From Octopus sinensis (taxonomy: Eukaryota): a stretch of 64,000 nucleotides of DNA. Under the pieces are notes generated by a model. The model did no database searches. It saw only the letters and a program-made list of their open reading frames with translations, and had not been told where the DNA came from. A program made the position numbers and the translations under genes. Positions 50,700 through 64,000 of this stretch are shown here, in pieces; positions within the stretch are counted from its first letter, which is position 1, and every line of letters starts with the position of its first letter. The stretch is taken from contig NC_042997.1 in the NCBI RefSeq assembly GCF_006345805.1, positions 130,882,001 to 130,946,000 of the forward strand, given 5' to 3'.

Positions 50700-50843
50700 T
50701 TATTGACAAAACACATTTTAACAGAAGTGAAACCACAACTTTGCTGGTTGAAAAGTGCAGTTAGTTAGACAATGGATATAAAATACAGAAAACTCGGGAA
50801 GAAGCCGTTAAACTAGATCTAAGATTGCTGGGCTTCGGGGATC

Positions 50844-51288
50844 TCTTTTACTCTTTTACTTGTTTCAGTCATTTGACTGTGGCCATGCTGGAGCACCACC
50901 TTTAGTCGAGCAAATCGACCCCAGGACTTATTCTTTGTAAGCCTAGTGCTTATTCTATCGGTCTCTTTTTGCCGAACCACTAAGTTACGGGGACGTAAAC
51001 ACACCAGCATCAGTTGTCAAGCGATGTTGGGGGGGAACAAACACAGACACACAAACATCTACACACACACATGTACATATATATGCTAGCATGGAGAACG
51101 GACGTTAAACGACGATGATGATGATGATGACGGGCTTCTTTCAGTTTCCGTCTACCAAATCCACTCACAAGGCTTTGGTCGGCTTGAGGCTATAGAAGAC
51201 ACTTGCCCAAGGTGTCACACAGTGGGACTGAACCCAGAACCATGTGGTTCATAAGCAAGCTACTTACCACACAGCCACTCCTACGCCT
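50844..51288 (-). mobile_element. Family A SINE with a chimeric middle
   Basis: Both halves are present, with a (GAT)n-ending fragment between them. Confidence 0.8.
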
Positions 51289-53840
51289 ATAGAAATGCAG
51301 AAGTGAAATGTTCCAAGCAGACATTAAAACAGATGATGATGGTAACAAAGACAATGACAGTGATGAAATCAGAGCTGATAGCAAATTAGATACTGATAGC
51401 AGTGTTATGGAAAAATACAACAAAAATGTGTGATTTATGTAGAAAACAATTTCTGGGTTGTACATCTTTTTGTCTTATGTTAGATTTAATTCTAAATATC
51501 AATTTTCACTTAATGGTTTCTAAAACTCTTGATACATTAGGAAAATTGGCTTCCTAATATTAAGCTTAAATTTTCAAGAGGACACATACAAGCAAATTTC
51601 TTATCATTTTTTTATGTATGTAAATTAACAAATAATCATTAAATTAACAAATAACCATCAATATTCCGGCATTTCTATTCATCATGTAATAGAAAATTAT
51701 AGCAAAGCTGTTACCAAAAAGGAAATAGAAATATTATGATAGCATCAGCATATTAATTAGTTCTCAGATGTCTATTGTCATAAGAAAACCATAGGATGTG
51801 TAAGTAGATTAACTTATAAAATCTCTTAAGAGAACTGTTTCAAATATGTATGTATGTGTGGATGGATATAAATATATATATAATTACTTTTCACAAATGA
51901 ATCCTGATGAGGCAATTATAGATAACGATCCAGTTTCAAGGTCACAGACAGATAAAGAATATTTTGTTAACACAATTTATTTCCTTCAACAGTGATACAG
52001 AAATGAAACAATTTGCGATAAACATGACTGAACTAAGAGCTTTACTTCTTATTCTCTACTTAACATGTAATAAATCATAATCTGACAGTCTTTTTTGCTT
52101 TTTCTTACTGAATGGATAGCTAAAACTGCCAACTATTTCCTTTACAGTCTTGGTAACAATATGGTTATAGCAAAACAAAATCTGTAATAATATTCTGTTT
52201 ATTGCAACACTACAGGCACTCAATTGATTATGACGATGAGGGTTCGATTTTAATCAATCAGTGGAAGTGCCAGCTTGTGAAAGTAATGTTCATGTAGCTG
52301 AGCACTTCACAGACATGTATACTTAACATAGTTCCCGGGGAGATTTGGCCTGACACAAAATGTGATAAGAATGGCTCTTTGAAATACAGGTAAGACGCAT
52401 TTTTACCAGCTGAGTGAACTCATGACCTTCTGATCATGAGATGAATACCTTGACCACTAAACCACATGTCTTCACTCGTTGTCGTCGTCATCATTATTAT
52501 TATTTAACATCTGTTGTCCATGCTGGCAAGCTGGAAGGCTGCACCAAACTCCATTGGCATGGTTTCCAGCGGTAGAAACTGTGCCAGATCAGACTAGAGT
52601 CTGGTGCAGTCTTCCAGCTTGCCAGCCCACGTTCAATGTTACACTATGCTTCCAAAGAGAAATAACCCCATTTGAGCTATTATTTTTGAGTGAAGTTAAG
52701 AAGTTCACTTGGAAATTACATAGTTTCAAGTTCAATCCCATTGTGTGGAACCTTGGGCAAGTGTCTTCTACTATAGCCTCAGGCTGACCAATACCTTGTT
52801 AGTGGATTTGGTGAACAGAAACTGTGCTGAAGACCAATGTATACATATGTGTGAGCATGTGTTTTTTTGTGCTTATATCTGTTTTCTACCTTACCAATAC
52901 TTGACAACTTTGAGTCTTGTGCCTATAATAGAAAGGATTATTGTTACTAACACTATAATTGACCTTCATCCACTTTTTCCAGTTACCTCAATCTGTCATC
53001 TATCTCATTATCATTAAAATATTTAGCATAATGAAATAATGTCTTGTATATACACACATACATATATGACTCTGAACCTAACGGAAGAGATGACAAAGGA
53101 CTGAGATATCTGGTGCCTTGCAGTATTCAAGACATTAGATATTTCCTTAACTTTAGTATAATGATAAAAAAATTCCAGAGGTTTAGTAAAAATGAAGAGA
53201 ATTGTTTCCCTATACTACTAACAATAAAGTTTTCAGACCTATGAGGGAGGCTGAAATAGTTGTCAACCCACAAGTAATAACAGCCAAATCTCCCTCAAAT
53301 ATGCTTTGAGGGAGACTGCCTTAAAAAAGAAAAATACACTGGCCAATGTATTCAGAAGTATATTTTGCCAGTAAAGACAGGGTGGTCATGACTGGAAAAT
53401 TTTAAAACAAAACACTACCATTGCACCTATAAAAATAGCAATTCTCAATGGGTTAGAAATTGCAGCCAAATATCTCCCTCAAATCACACCCAACTGTTAT
53501 GAAAAATTAATAACAATGGACAATGTAGTCCTCCATACATTATGGCTGAAGAAAGACAGATTGTCATAGCAAGAATACCTTTTATTATAGATCTGCTTAA
53601 TGACAGCTGATCAGGAATTAACAATAGCTTAAGGTTTCTATAATAAAAAAAATAAGTTATGTATTATAGGTTGTTGCATGTGCGATGTTAATGTATTTGA
53701 AATACTGAGAACAATAGATTTTGAGAAAGTGACTGGTGTCAAAAGCATTGATTGCTGTACATAGCAGAGTTGTGAAAGTGAATTAGTATGAAAGGCATTG
53801 CTTGATATGGACAAGAAAGTTATGGATGAAGCTTAAGTAA

Positions 53841-54213
53841 TCTCTCTATATATAAAGCTGAAGTTGTCTGTGTGTGGTAAGTTTGGTAGCCTTCAACTAA
53901 CACTATCTCCTCAGAGACCCTGCGGCGCAAGTTGACCAAAATTTAGAGTATGATAGAAGAAGGCTTGCTCTTCCTTCCGTAGAAGGAAAAATTCAAATCG
54001 GGCCATATTAACACCAGAAATTATTTACATCAAAAAGGTGCTATTTTTTACGATTTTTTTTACTGCTGTGTCGCCATTTTTCAGTGTATTTCAACCAGAA
54101 AAATGTTCACTTAAAGAGAATAACAAGCTCCATAATGCAAAATTTTTACTTTTCAAAAATTCCAATTCTAAAGGGTTGAAACAAATCCGAGGAACGCCGG
54201 GCGATACTGCTAG
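53841..54213 (+). mobile_element. Non-autonomous Helitron, subfamily 2
   Basis: A|TC...hairpin-CTAG|T. Confidence 0.85.
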
Positions 54214-55814
54214 TGTATGTTTAAAAGTTGAAAACATGGTTGGACACTAAAAGTACCAAGTAGTGTAGAAATAGGACAATCAAGAAAGCAGTTGAGTGCC
54301 AAAAACATTGAGTATATAAGAAAGTTTTGAAAGTGTTTTGGCAGGAAAGGCATTGACTGATGTAGATAAATAAGATGACTACATTGGGATGAATGTATGT
54401 TAAGAGAAGTTTTCTTATCAATAGTTTATAGCAGAAGGTATTCATGGGAAAACTGAGAGTAGGCTAGAGGGGTTCTAAGAAAAATAGCCATTAGGGATGA
54501 CATGCTGCCACACTGACATGTATAAAAAAACTTGTGTAATGCAAACCCATTCAACTCTTACCAGCATGGGATAGTAGATGGTAAACACACCAACAAGGTC
54601 ATTCAACTAGCCAGATATAACAGCAAAGTTTACCTGAAGTCATACTAACATTTTAAAAATAAAATGAAGATAATATTAAATAAGGTAATCCTAGGTACAA
54701 CTATGGCTGAAAAATGACAATATAGTTATGCTTAGAAAGTTGTTTTTTTAATATAGATCTGTCTGACAAAGGCTGCCCTGGGGCTAAACTACAACAGCCA
54801 AGACAAGAAATGTTAAAATTAAATACAATAAAGATAATCCAAAATTTAAAGAAAAAGCCACATATTCCACACCATTCTAGATTATTTGTTTATGGCACCA
54901 TTTAATCTAGTTTTAGATATATAAGGATTCTTTTTTAATGGAAAAGGTTTCAGTTTCACTAAAGTTAAGGACAGCTGTTTAATAAAAAGGAGTTAAGGTA
55001 AAAAATGTACTTTTATTCGATTCTTCTTTCAGATAAATCTCAGTGAAAGACAAAATAAAAGAATTTATCAGGACTTTATATGGTGTCTCATTGTTCACTA
55101 TGTAAATTTCAACCCAAATTCAGCAACAGGAATAAATAAATAAATGGGTAAAAAATTTTTTTTTAAATGATAAACAGTTATTTAATCTTCCTGGAACTGT
55201 CAAGTTGACATCATGTACAACTTTGGCTACAAGCAAATAGTTTTGGCTCTGTGACCTTTTCACTGTAGTTAAAATGGAAGTCAGCAGCCTGGGAAGTGCA
55301 AAACAAGAGGGCAAATGAAATACTAATTGATAGCAAAATGTGAAAACACCTGAAAGTTACAATTAGACAGGAGACATCAGATGTCAAAATCTAAAGAGAA
55401 TTTGAAATCACAAACAATAATCTACGTTACTTGATACTTTACAAACACAAAGTATACAATTGCAGTTTGTTTGTTGAAGCCATTAAACAGTAAAAACTAT
55501 TTAAATACCTTCAAGCTAATAATCCTTTCCAGCCTGGTTATGTATTCAAATAAAAAAAAAAAGATTTAGAATAATTACTTTGCATTGCAACAATAATGAT
55601 GAAGCCTGGTAGAGGCATTGTAATGTAATTCTATGTAATGCCACAAATTGTTAAGCATTTAAACCAAACTCAAAACTGAAGTGTGTTTACAAACAGTAGA
55701 GAAGTTCCCTCATAGATACCTGGTGACCTAATCTCTTCAAGGAGAAAGATACAGAAAACACCTCAACAAATTCTGTCTAATCTGATCTATGCAAGCATGG
55801 AATGGAAATCAAAT

Positions 55815-55909
55815 GACGATGATGATGTAATAATAATAAGAATAAGAAGAAGAAGATAATAATAATAATAATAAGAAGAAGAAGAAGAAGAAGATAATAA
55901 TAATAATAA

Positions 55910-55940
<31 letters not shown>

Positions 55941-56000
55941 AACAACAACAACAACAACAACAACAACAACTGCTGCTGCTGCTGCTGCTATCACCATCAC
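55815..56000. repeat. Compound trinucleotide tract (GAT)(AAT)(AAG)(AAC)(GCT)
   Basis: Direct reading. Confidence 0.95.
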
Positions 56001-56835
56001 CACATTTAAATCTGTCTTATTTGATTCAAACTCACAATCACAAAATTGGCTGAAAAATAAACTCAGAGCTGCATGAATAACTACCTATAATAAATCATAG
56101 ATTTTATGCACTGACTGAGTCCACAGTAGAAGTGACATGTCTCAGTGATAAAAAACTAGACTGCCTGCTCGTGCAAGAGGTCAAATCCACTGTAAGAAGT
56201 TTTGTTTTTCTTTTTGTCTTTCTTTCTATAAAACATTTTTACTTTTTACCTCAATTCACACAGCTGGTAGAGATAGGTACCAGACCATCTGGGAATAGCT
56301 AACTGAAATAAATCAGTAGCTTATCCAGACGGAAATATATTTCTCATCTACATAATATCATGAAACTGGAACAAAGCACTGGTCCTTAAAATCACCTACC
56401 CTATGGCTGAGAAGACATTTAAATTTTACAATTGAGTCTAGCTCTCCTCCCTCTACTACAACAGAGAGAGTACCAGTTCTGTCAAAATTATTTCACACAA
56501 GATACTGGATGAAGCATTTTTACACTGTCATTTGATCCTACCCCAGTGAACACAGTATAATAGAAGCATGCATTGAAATATCAGTAGAGCTGGTGGATGG
56601 ATGGAGGGAGAAATCAGCAATAACAATGATGTGAAATTTTATGTTCACACAGGGACAGGCATGGCGATGTGGTTAAGAAGCTCACTTTGCAACTACATGA
56701 TCTTGGGTTCAGCTGCCCTGTGTGCCAGTTTGAGCAAATGTCTTCTGCTGTAGCTCTTAAATGCCTTGAGAGTAAATCTGGTAGATGGAAACTGTGAGGA
56801 AGCCCATCGTATATATCTAAATATGTGTGCAATGG

Positions 56836-56889
<54 letters not shown>

Positions 56890-57178
56890 CATACACACAC
56901 ACACACACATACACCTTTGCTTTGGGATCACCAGTACTTTATTATCTCCCCTTTCTTCCTAGCTTTCCTGGCTAACTACCTTTGTCCAACCAGTCGCCAT
57001 GACTGACCGCTAACTCCAAAAGTTTTTTTATTCTCTCTCTGTTTATTTCCTCCTGTTTCTTTCTGTTGAAGAGCATAGGCTCGAAACATAAAAGACTTTT
57101 TCAATCCCCGAGCGTTATATTAATACATGTTTGTTTTCTACACCACCTGTTTCATCTTTTGTTTTTTTCATGAATTCT

Positions 57179-57229
<51 letters not shown>

Positions 57230-60200
57230 TGTACACATACACATAACAGGCTTCCACATACTTTCTGTTTACCAAATTCACTCCCAAAGCACACACATAG
57301 ACATGTGTGTATATATGTCTTTGTATCTGTGCTTGTACTCCACAACCACATGAAAACCAGTGTTGGTTTGTTTACATATTTGTAACTTAGTGATTCAGCA
57401 AGAAATGCTGACAGAATAAGTAGTAGACTGAACCCCCAGCATGGCTGCAGTCCAATGACTGGAACAAGTAGCTGTAAGAAATGTAGACACTCTGAATACA
57501 ATGAATAGGTTAATAGTTAAGTCTAAAACTGTTTGCTAAAAGAGAATAGCAGCTTTGTTCAACACAAGTTACATAATTGCTTTCTAAATAATGGTAAACT
57601 TAAACCTAAAATCTACAACTTAAGAGTATGTGATGAAGTCAGTTCTGAGAATGCTTGGCCTAACAGACAAGGAGTTAACAGAATTGAAATTAATGATAAG
57701 TTTTACAATAATCTGTCTAACTTGTGTTAGTCACAAAATGCAGTCATGAAGATGATGATGCTGATGTTAATGCTGATGATGACAGTGATGACCTAACAGA
57801 ATTGCTGCAATTTTTCATAGGAACAGAATATATAAAAACTATAAATTCATTTTTCATAAAATGGGCCATTTAACAAACTGAATGAATTTTCTAAGTTCCA
57901 CTGAATGTAACCTTAGAAACTAATATTATATATCAGTTGAACTGAAATTCTGAATTTAAAATCTAACCTATTTATGAATTTCAGACAATCGTTAAATTCT
58001 AGAACATGATCTTTTTTTATTAAAATGTAACACTGAAAATCATTTTGTATATCATTGGAGTCTATATGTGTGTATAAATTGCTTCATAAATTCCTCAATT
58101 AAGAAAAAAAAATGAACTCACACTCACAGATACAAAAGATTTTTTAAAATAAAATTAATGAAGAGAAAATTTGATCTTCAACCTTCTGCAAAGCACAAGT
58201 CAGACCCACACTGAAGTAGTGTTCACATATATGGAACAGTAATGTTACTGCACACATAGATATCCTAGACTGCATTAAAAAATAATAAGGCCATTTAACA
58301 GATTGGTCTCAACAGACATGTTTCTTCTATCATGACTACAACAGCCCCTGTACTAAGCAGACTAGCTGTATACTCTATCAATTAAACCCTACTCAATGCA
58401 CCGGCTTTACTGCCCCACATCTTAGACCCTACACAAAATATTCCACCTATAATTACTCACCAGAACTACAAAGCTATGAAATTCCTTCCCCATTCTTACT
58501 TTCTTCTCCATAGATTGACATACAAATGTTCAAGCTGTATATCATATGTTTTGCTCTTATAAGTCTGGGATGTCCTGTAAACATCGTAGTCCTGTTTCTC
58601 CTACCATCACTAACTTTAAACATAGGATAGATAACACAAGGATCACTTCTTCTCGATAATGAAATACTCATATCCCATCCTTAGATTTTTATATATTTCC
58701 TACAATTGTTATAAATAGTAACTTGATGCCTGTGAAACTTCATGTTCTAGCTGAACACTATAAGTGTAAAGGGACCATAACAAGGAAGTGCTCAATAAAA
58801 GTTTGCATGTAAAATAAATATGATTTCCTATCTGGATATCAGGTGGTTACCAGTAGCATCAATCTGAACAATCCCAGAAGGAATACATAGCTCCATTGTT
58901 CCTTCCCCCAACAAACATATATGATTTAATTACACTGATCTAATCCTTTACTTCAAACACTGAGAGCCAAAAAGAGAGGCTATGGGCACAACCACTCTAT
59001 TTCATTTCCAGTCAAACTAACAAAATAAATAAATACAATCTTCCAGAGAAAATAAATTCTAAAAGATACAAGATGTTCAATTCAAGGCCAATGGCATAGG
59101 AATCATTAAAATATTGTTTCCTTCAGAGTAAGGAAAGATTTAATGATTTACTATTCAGTGTTAGTTTACAAGCTTAGCTATGATTCCAATTTGTTTATTG
59201 AGTGTCAACCTAGTATAATCCACAGATGTGATGCAACATCAGCATCTGGCAGTAATGAAAATTAAAACTAAATTGTAAGTGGTTACATCAGCGACCTATG
59301 TGCGTGCGTGGCAGATGAGCTAAGTTTAACAATATTTGTGTATAGTATAATACATTGGATATTTCAGACTACCAAGGCATTGCAGTGGCAGAAATGTTAG
59401 ACTGAATGATTTTTTTAGTATATAGACTCATCCCAATGTATTTAGAGTTTAAATCTTACTGAGGCCAATAAAAAATAAAGTAGCAGGCAAGTACTATTTA
59501 GGTTCATCAACTATGCCTCTTCTCTACAAATTTATGGCTTCATGACAAGATGATAAATCAGTCTAACATTACATTGCTACAGTCAATTTTGGATGTTCTT
59601 CATTTCCCAGACAGAGGCCAGCTGGCTAATTTGATCAGGTACTGTACTAGCTGACAGTAGCTTTTGAGTTCAAATATGTTCCTGGCAATTTGTTGCATTT
59701 ATTTAAAGCAGAATACTTTTATTCTACATTGTCCTAGTGCACTTATCTGTCAGGAAATACTGCCAAATCATTAAGAAATGTTGCATGCATTTGTTTGTTG
59801 GTCTATCTAGGAAGAGATTAATGCCATAAAACCAGAGCTAAGTACTGACCCTTTAAAACCATTTGATCTCAAACCCTTAAGTTACGCCTCTGTAGGACTG
59901 ACAAAGGCTATGTGACAACAATGCAACATTATACACTTGACATTTAAAACAAAGGAAATATTATTAAACAAAATGAATACACATATACACATTTGTATAC
60001 AATTATCAAGTAATCAATACAGAGTGTCAGTAACACCTGACACCATCACATTAATTCTAGCAAAGGATATAATCAAATGTAAGCAAAATAGGAGTGAGGT
60101 TGTTAGCATGTAAAAGTTTAACAGAACAGCCAGTACTGAACTTCTGTGCTGTTACCTCAAAAAGACTAATGGATAGAAGGAGGTTGAGGATAGATCCCTG

Positions 60201-61054
60201 GTGAACACCTACCTAACTTATATTCAGCAAAAGAAACCAAATAATTGAAGAATCACTTTCAACAACTGAATTATAAGCAAAGTCAGTCCATGCTACACTC
60301 CACACTGTTTGTGGTTGTACTCTAAACCAGTGTAATAGCCAAGGGAACTTTGGGTAAATTCTCATAATTTTGTCTACACTGAAAGATACAACGAACCGTT
60401 AGTTTCCTGATAATTAATGATGATAAAACATGAAATGTCATATTGTAATATTAACATTTGGCCTTGTGATATTTTAGATCAACCTCAGGCCAACAGGCTC
60501 ATTAGACTGAAGCTTGTCTTAGTTTCTATGAGCAAGAAAGCATACAATATTCCTGCTAAATGGAACATTTAGTCAGATAAAGGATTAACCTTGAGATGTT
60601 ACTGGTTCTCACTTCAACTGGGTGAAGACGAGCAACAAGAAATGAAGTGTTTTTGCTCAAGAACACTACACAATATCCAGTCTGCAAATTGAAACTGCAC
60701 TGTTATTATCTGAAGTTCAACACCCAAAACACCAGGCCACACACCTGTGGTATAACAGCAATTATGTTTTTACTATGGCCAAGGGTAATTTTATAAGAGA
60801 AGGTATTTCTGTTGACTTTAGAATGTTTCTGGTGTTTATTGTATTAGTCTGGGAGTGGTGAAAGATAATGCAAACAGAAGCAGAGTTTCAACTCAGTGCC
60901 AAACTAGATGTGATTAACCTTTCAGTAGAACCATCACCAAAATCTGTTATAGTATTACTAGACTAGTTATAACAATTACATCTGGACCATGAGGACCATG
61001 GGATAGCAGAAATATTAGAATGTATGATTAAATACTTAGTATTATTTAATTGGT

Positions 61055-61292
61055 GGAGGAGCGTGGCTTAGTGGTTAGAGTGTCAGCATCATGATCGTAA
61101 GATTGTGATTTCGATTCCTGGACCGGGCAACATGTTGTGTTCTTGAGTAAAACACTTCATTTCACTTTGCTCCAGTCCACACAGCTGGCAAAAATGAGTA
61201 ACACTGCAATGGATTGGCGTTCCATCCAGCTGGGGAACACATATGCCATTGAAACCGGGCCCATGAGCCTGGCTAGGCTTTAAAAGGGCACA
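61055..61292 (+). mobile_element. tRNA-derived SINE, third family
   Basis: A box tggcttagtggtt, B-box-like tttcgattcc, and a gttgtgttcttgagtaaaacactt core. Confidence 0.7.
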
Positions 61293-61611
61293 TTTATTTA
61301 TTCATTATTATTTAATTGTACTCTTTCTTATATTGTGAACCAGGGTTCCCTTTGCTTTCTAGCACCTTGGACTTAAAATAAGTACCAGTAATGTACTGAG
61401 ATCAATTCAATATAAGTACAGCAACATATTGCAAATATATTTCTTCTTGGTGACAACATACACTTCTTGCATCAAAATTAAAGAAAAAAATGTTAGGGCC
61501 AAGAATGTAAAATGAAAATTTTACCTAATGTTTATCACATATCACATCTAGATGTTAATGGTAATATTAACATTTAAATGTGATATAAAATCATTGCTTA
61601 TAAGTACCAAT

Positions 61612-61815
61612 TTCTTTACTACCCACAAGGGGCTAAACACAGAGGGGACAAACAAGGACAAACGGATTAAGTCGATTATATCGACCCCAGTGTGTAACTG
61701 GTACTTATTTAATCAACCCCGAAAGGATGAAAGGCAAAGTCGACCTCGGCGGAATTTGAACTCAGAACGTAGCGGCAGATGAAATACCGCTAAGCATTCT
61801 GCCAGCTCGCCGCCT
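61612..61815 (-). mobile_element. Family B SINE
   Basis: Matches 28190-28402. Confidence 0.82.
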
Positions 61816-63240
61816 TGTTTATAAGTACCAACCAAATACTGGTGTTGGTGGGGAGGGGGAAGGAGAGGGATATAACTGCCTATATTTTTCTACCCAAACT
61901 TTTTAGTTTAAGCAATCCTCTGGGGATGATAAGGTATTAGTCAAGTGCTGAGTTAAATTAATTGTTCCCTCCCTACAAATTACTGGCCTTGTGTTGTTAC
62001 TACTACTACAACTACTACTACCATCATAAGCACTACCTCTACTACTACAACTACTACTTCAGGACAAACAATATAACCACTGGAGAGAATGTAAAGCCAT
62101 CAGAAGTCACTTCTATAAAACATAATTATCAATTATTTTATTGATCCTCAGGCAGACTCTAAAACATTTTCAATATAAGCAATGTAGTTTGTTAGCAAAC
62201 ATCTGTTCCACTGTCAAATTGATCTGTCTTTACAATGTCAAGGTTTTACTCTGGGGGCAGCTATTTGTATACTGTGCCATTTCCATTGTATGCATTCTCA
62301 CAGCTGACATCATCATTATCATCGATGTTTTAATGTCTTATACTATAGCCCCAGGCCAACCAAAGCCTTGTGAGTGAATTTGGTAGATGGAAACTGAAAG
62401 AAACTTGTGGTATATATAAATATGTGTATAGACATGTACGCATGGGTTGTTTTTGTCTCTTGTCTTGACATGGCATGATAGTTGTAAATGAGGATCACTG
62501 TCAAACAAGCAGTGTTGTTAATTTCCAATATTCTATAGAAACATGTCTGGCCATGAGGAACAAACTGCCGGCATCAGTTGTTGGTTGTCAGGGCACTGCA
62601 TCCTTCAAAACTTCCATGCTTCCTGAGATTTGCCAGCACTTCACCTGATTTTCTCTTCTCCATGCGTGCGCGGGCATGTATCTGACTCGTGCACTGTTCA
62701 CTTTCCAGACATTTGTGCATTGCTGCATGTGCTTTATATGCACTTTTGACAAGTTGTGGTGCACCTGAGCACTGTATACAATAATTTCATTATTATTGTT
62801 ACCTTGCTTGGAAACAAGTGAGGGTTGGTGACAAGAAGGGTGTCTGTATTCTTTATTCTTTTAGTGTTTTTAGTCATAGGACAACAGCCATGCTGGAGCA
62901 CAGCCTTAATTTATTTTCTTTCAGATTTGTTGTCACTTTATGGCTGGAAGTTGATCTATGATTGAGTTTGTAGCAGCTGATTTTCCCTGGGTGTATCCTT
63001 GAATGGATGCTTGGTCTGGTATTGTCATTAGGAATTTATCCAATGTTTTGTGTTTCAGTAGAGGTTCCCTTTTACATTTCTGATTTCTTCAGACTAATAC
63101 AATAGTGTTTTTGTTGTGATTTCGAAGGTGGAAAAATCTATCTCAAATATACCGTCTGTTAAATGATGATGATCATCATCATCCTGTTTCTTTATTAGCC
63201 ACAAGGGCCCAAACATAGAGGGGGACAATACAGCCTGATT

Positions 63241-63490
63241 GGGGTCAGACACACAATGATTATATGACTTTTAAAATTTTACAAAATATAATGAAATCGA
63301 ATGAGATATAACAAGGACAAAATACAAACATGAAATGAAGCAGAGAGATGGGTTACGCTCCGACCCCACGAGCCCCATTCTCCTACTGGAACCTTTGTAT
63401 GCAGACTTATGACATGTTCACGAGGAATCTTTCCCAGCACCCTTGCAACATGCAACAATCTTTCTTTGAACATTTTCTTTGACATCATCC
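63241..63490 (-). pseudogene. Possible 3' end of a Tx1-like LINE ORF2
   Basis: KKMFKERLLHVARV resembles Tx1 ORF2 C-termini; weak. Confidence 0.3.
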
Positions 63491-64000
63491 TCTAACAACT
63501 GTTTCCCATGCTGGCATGGATTGAAAATAAACAGAAATAATGGGTTATGTTACATTTATTTATTTCCTACAGCTGTTTCAGATATGCATTTGGGTGCATT
63601 CCTGGTTCATATAATTAAGATTCGGTTGAATTAGGTACTTAAATTGTGACATTTTGTTAAGTCAATCTAATTTGCACACCCAAACAACATCAGGTGAATA
63701 TTAAACTCTGTGCAGAAGCGTTTGCACTTGATATTCTTGCAGTGTATGCAGATAACATGACCCAGCTTAATGAAGAGATCCACTCTTGGTTGTTTAGACA
63801 TGCACTTTATATAAAAATACAAAAACACTTTCTATAAAATTTCAAAAGTACAGATTCCAGGGTAGGTGAATGAGATATAAGTAACAAAGATGTACAGGTG
63901 TCAATTCATTATGACCGTTTCAAGCGACTCCTTTAGTTGATTAAATAAAACATCATTGCAAAGAAACCATTTTCATCAAATGACTGCACAGACTTCAAAC

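Noticed and set aside
58455-58511. Minus-strand ATG...GTGAGT mini-exon (MEKKVRMGKEFHSFVVL) as an upstream TMEM64 exon
   Set aside because: It has no resemblance to the expected FGLQNAVFS-type exon end and lies in what looks like decayed LINE sequence.

Overview
Eukaryotic, AT-rich, repeat-dense genomic DNA. It is most probably a coleoid cephalopod such as Octopus, inferred from the tRNA-derived SINE families with internal microsatellites and the abundant (TA)n/(TACA)n tracts. Two host genes are supportable and they converge tail-to-tail. One is a class A (rhodopsin-like) orphan GPCR whose main coding exon is 7141-8289 (+); its first exon was not found. The other is the last two coding exons of TMEM64 (36193-36032 and 31791-31549, minus strand); no upstream exon was found in the window. 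The rest is transposon-derived: SINEs, non-autonomous Helitrons, decayed Tc1/mariner/maT transposases, hAT-, piggyBac-, Tigger- and Merlin-like MITEs, and Penelope-like element (PLE) fragments. The main signal not explained by these features is a dense set of fold-back palindromes, many next to (TA)n tracts. They include a 1.18-kb palindrome of a PLE GIY-YIG 3' end carrying a non-canonical hammerhead-like fold, an inverted pair of minimal hammerhead motifs, two near-perfect hairpins sharing flanking motifs, and a SINE fold-back. There is also a (TA)n-bounded 776-bp tandem duplication and a Merlin-like foldback element with internal telomeric repeats. All calls are by eye; no searches were run and most repeat boundaries are approximate.
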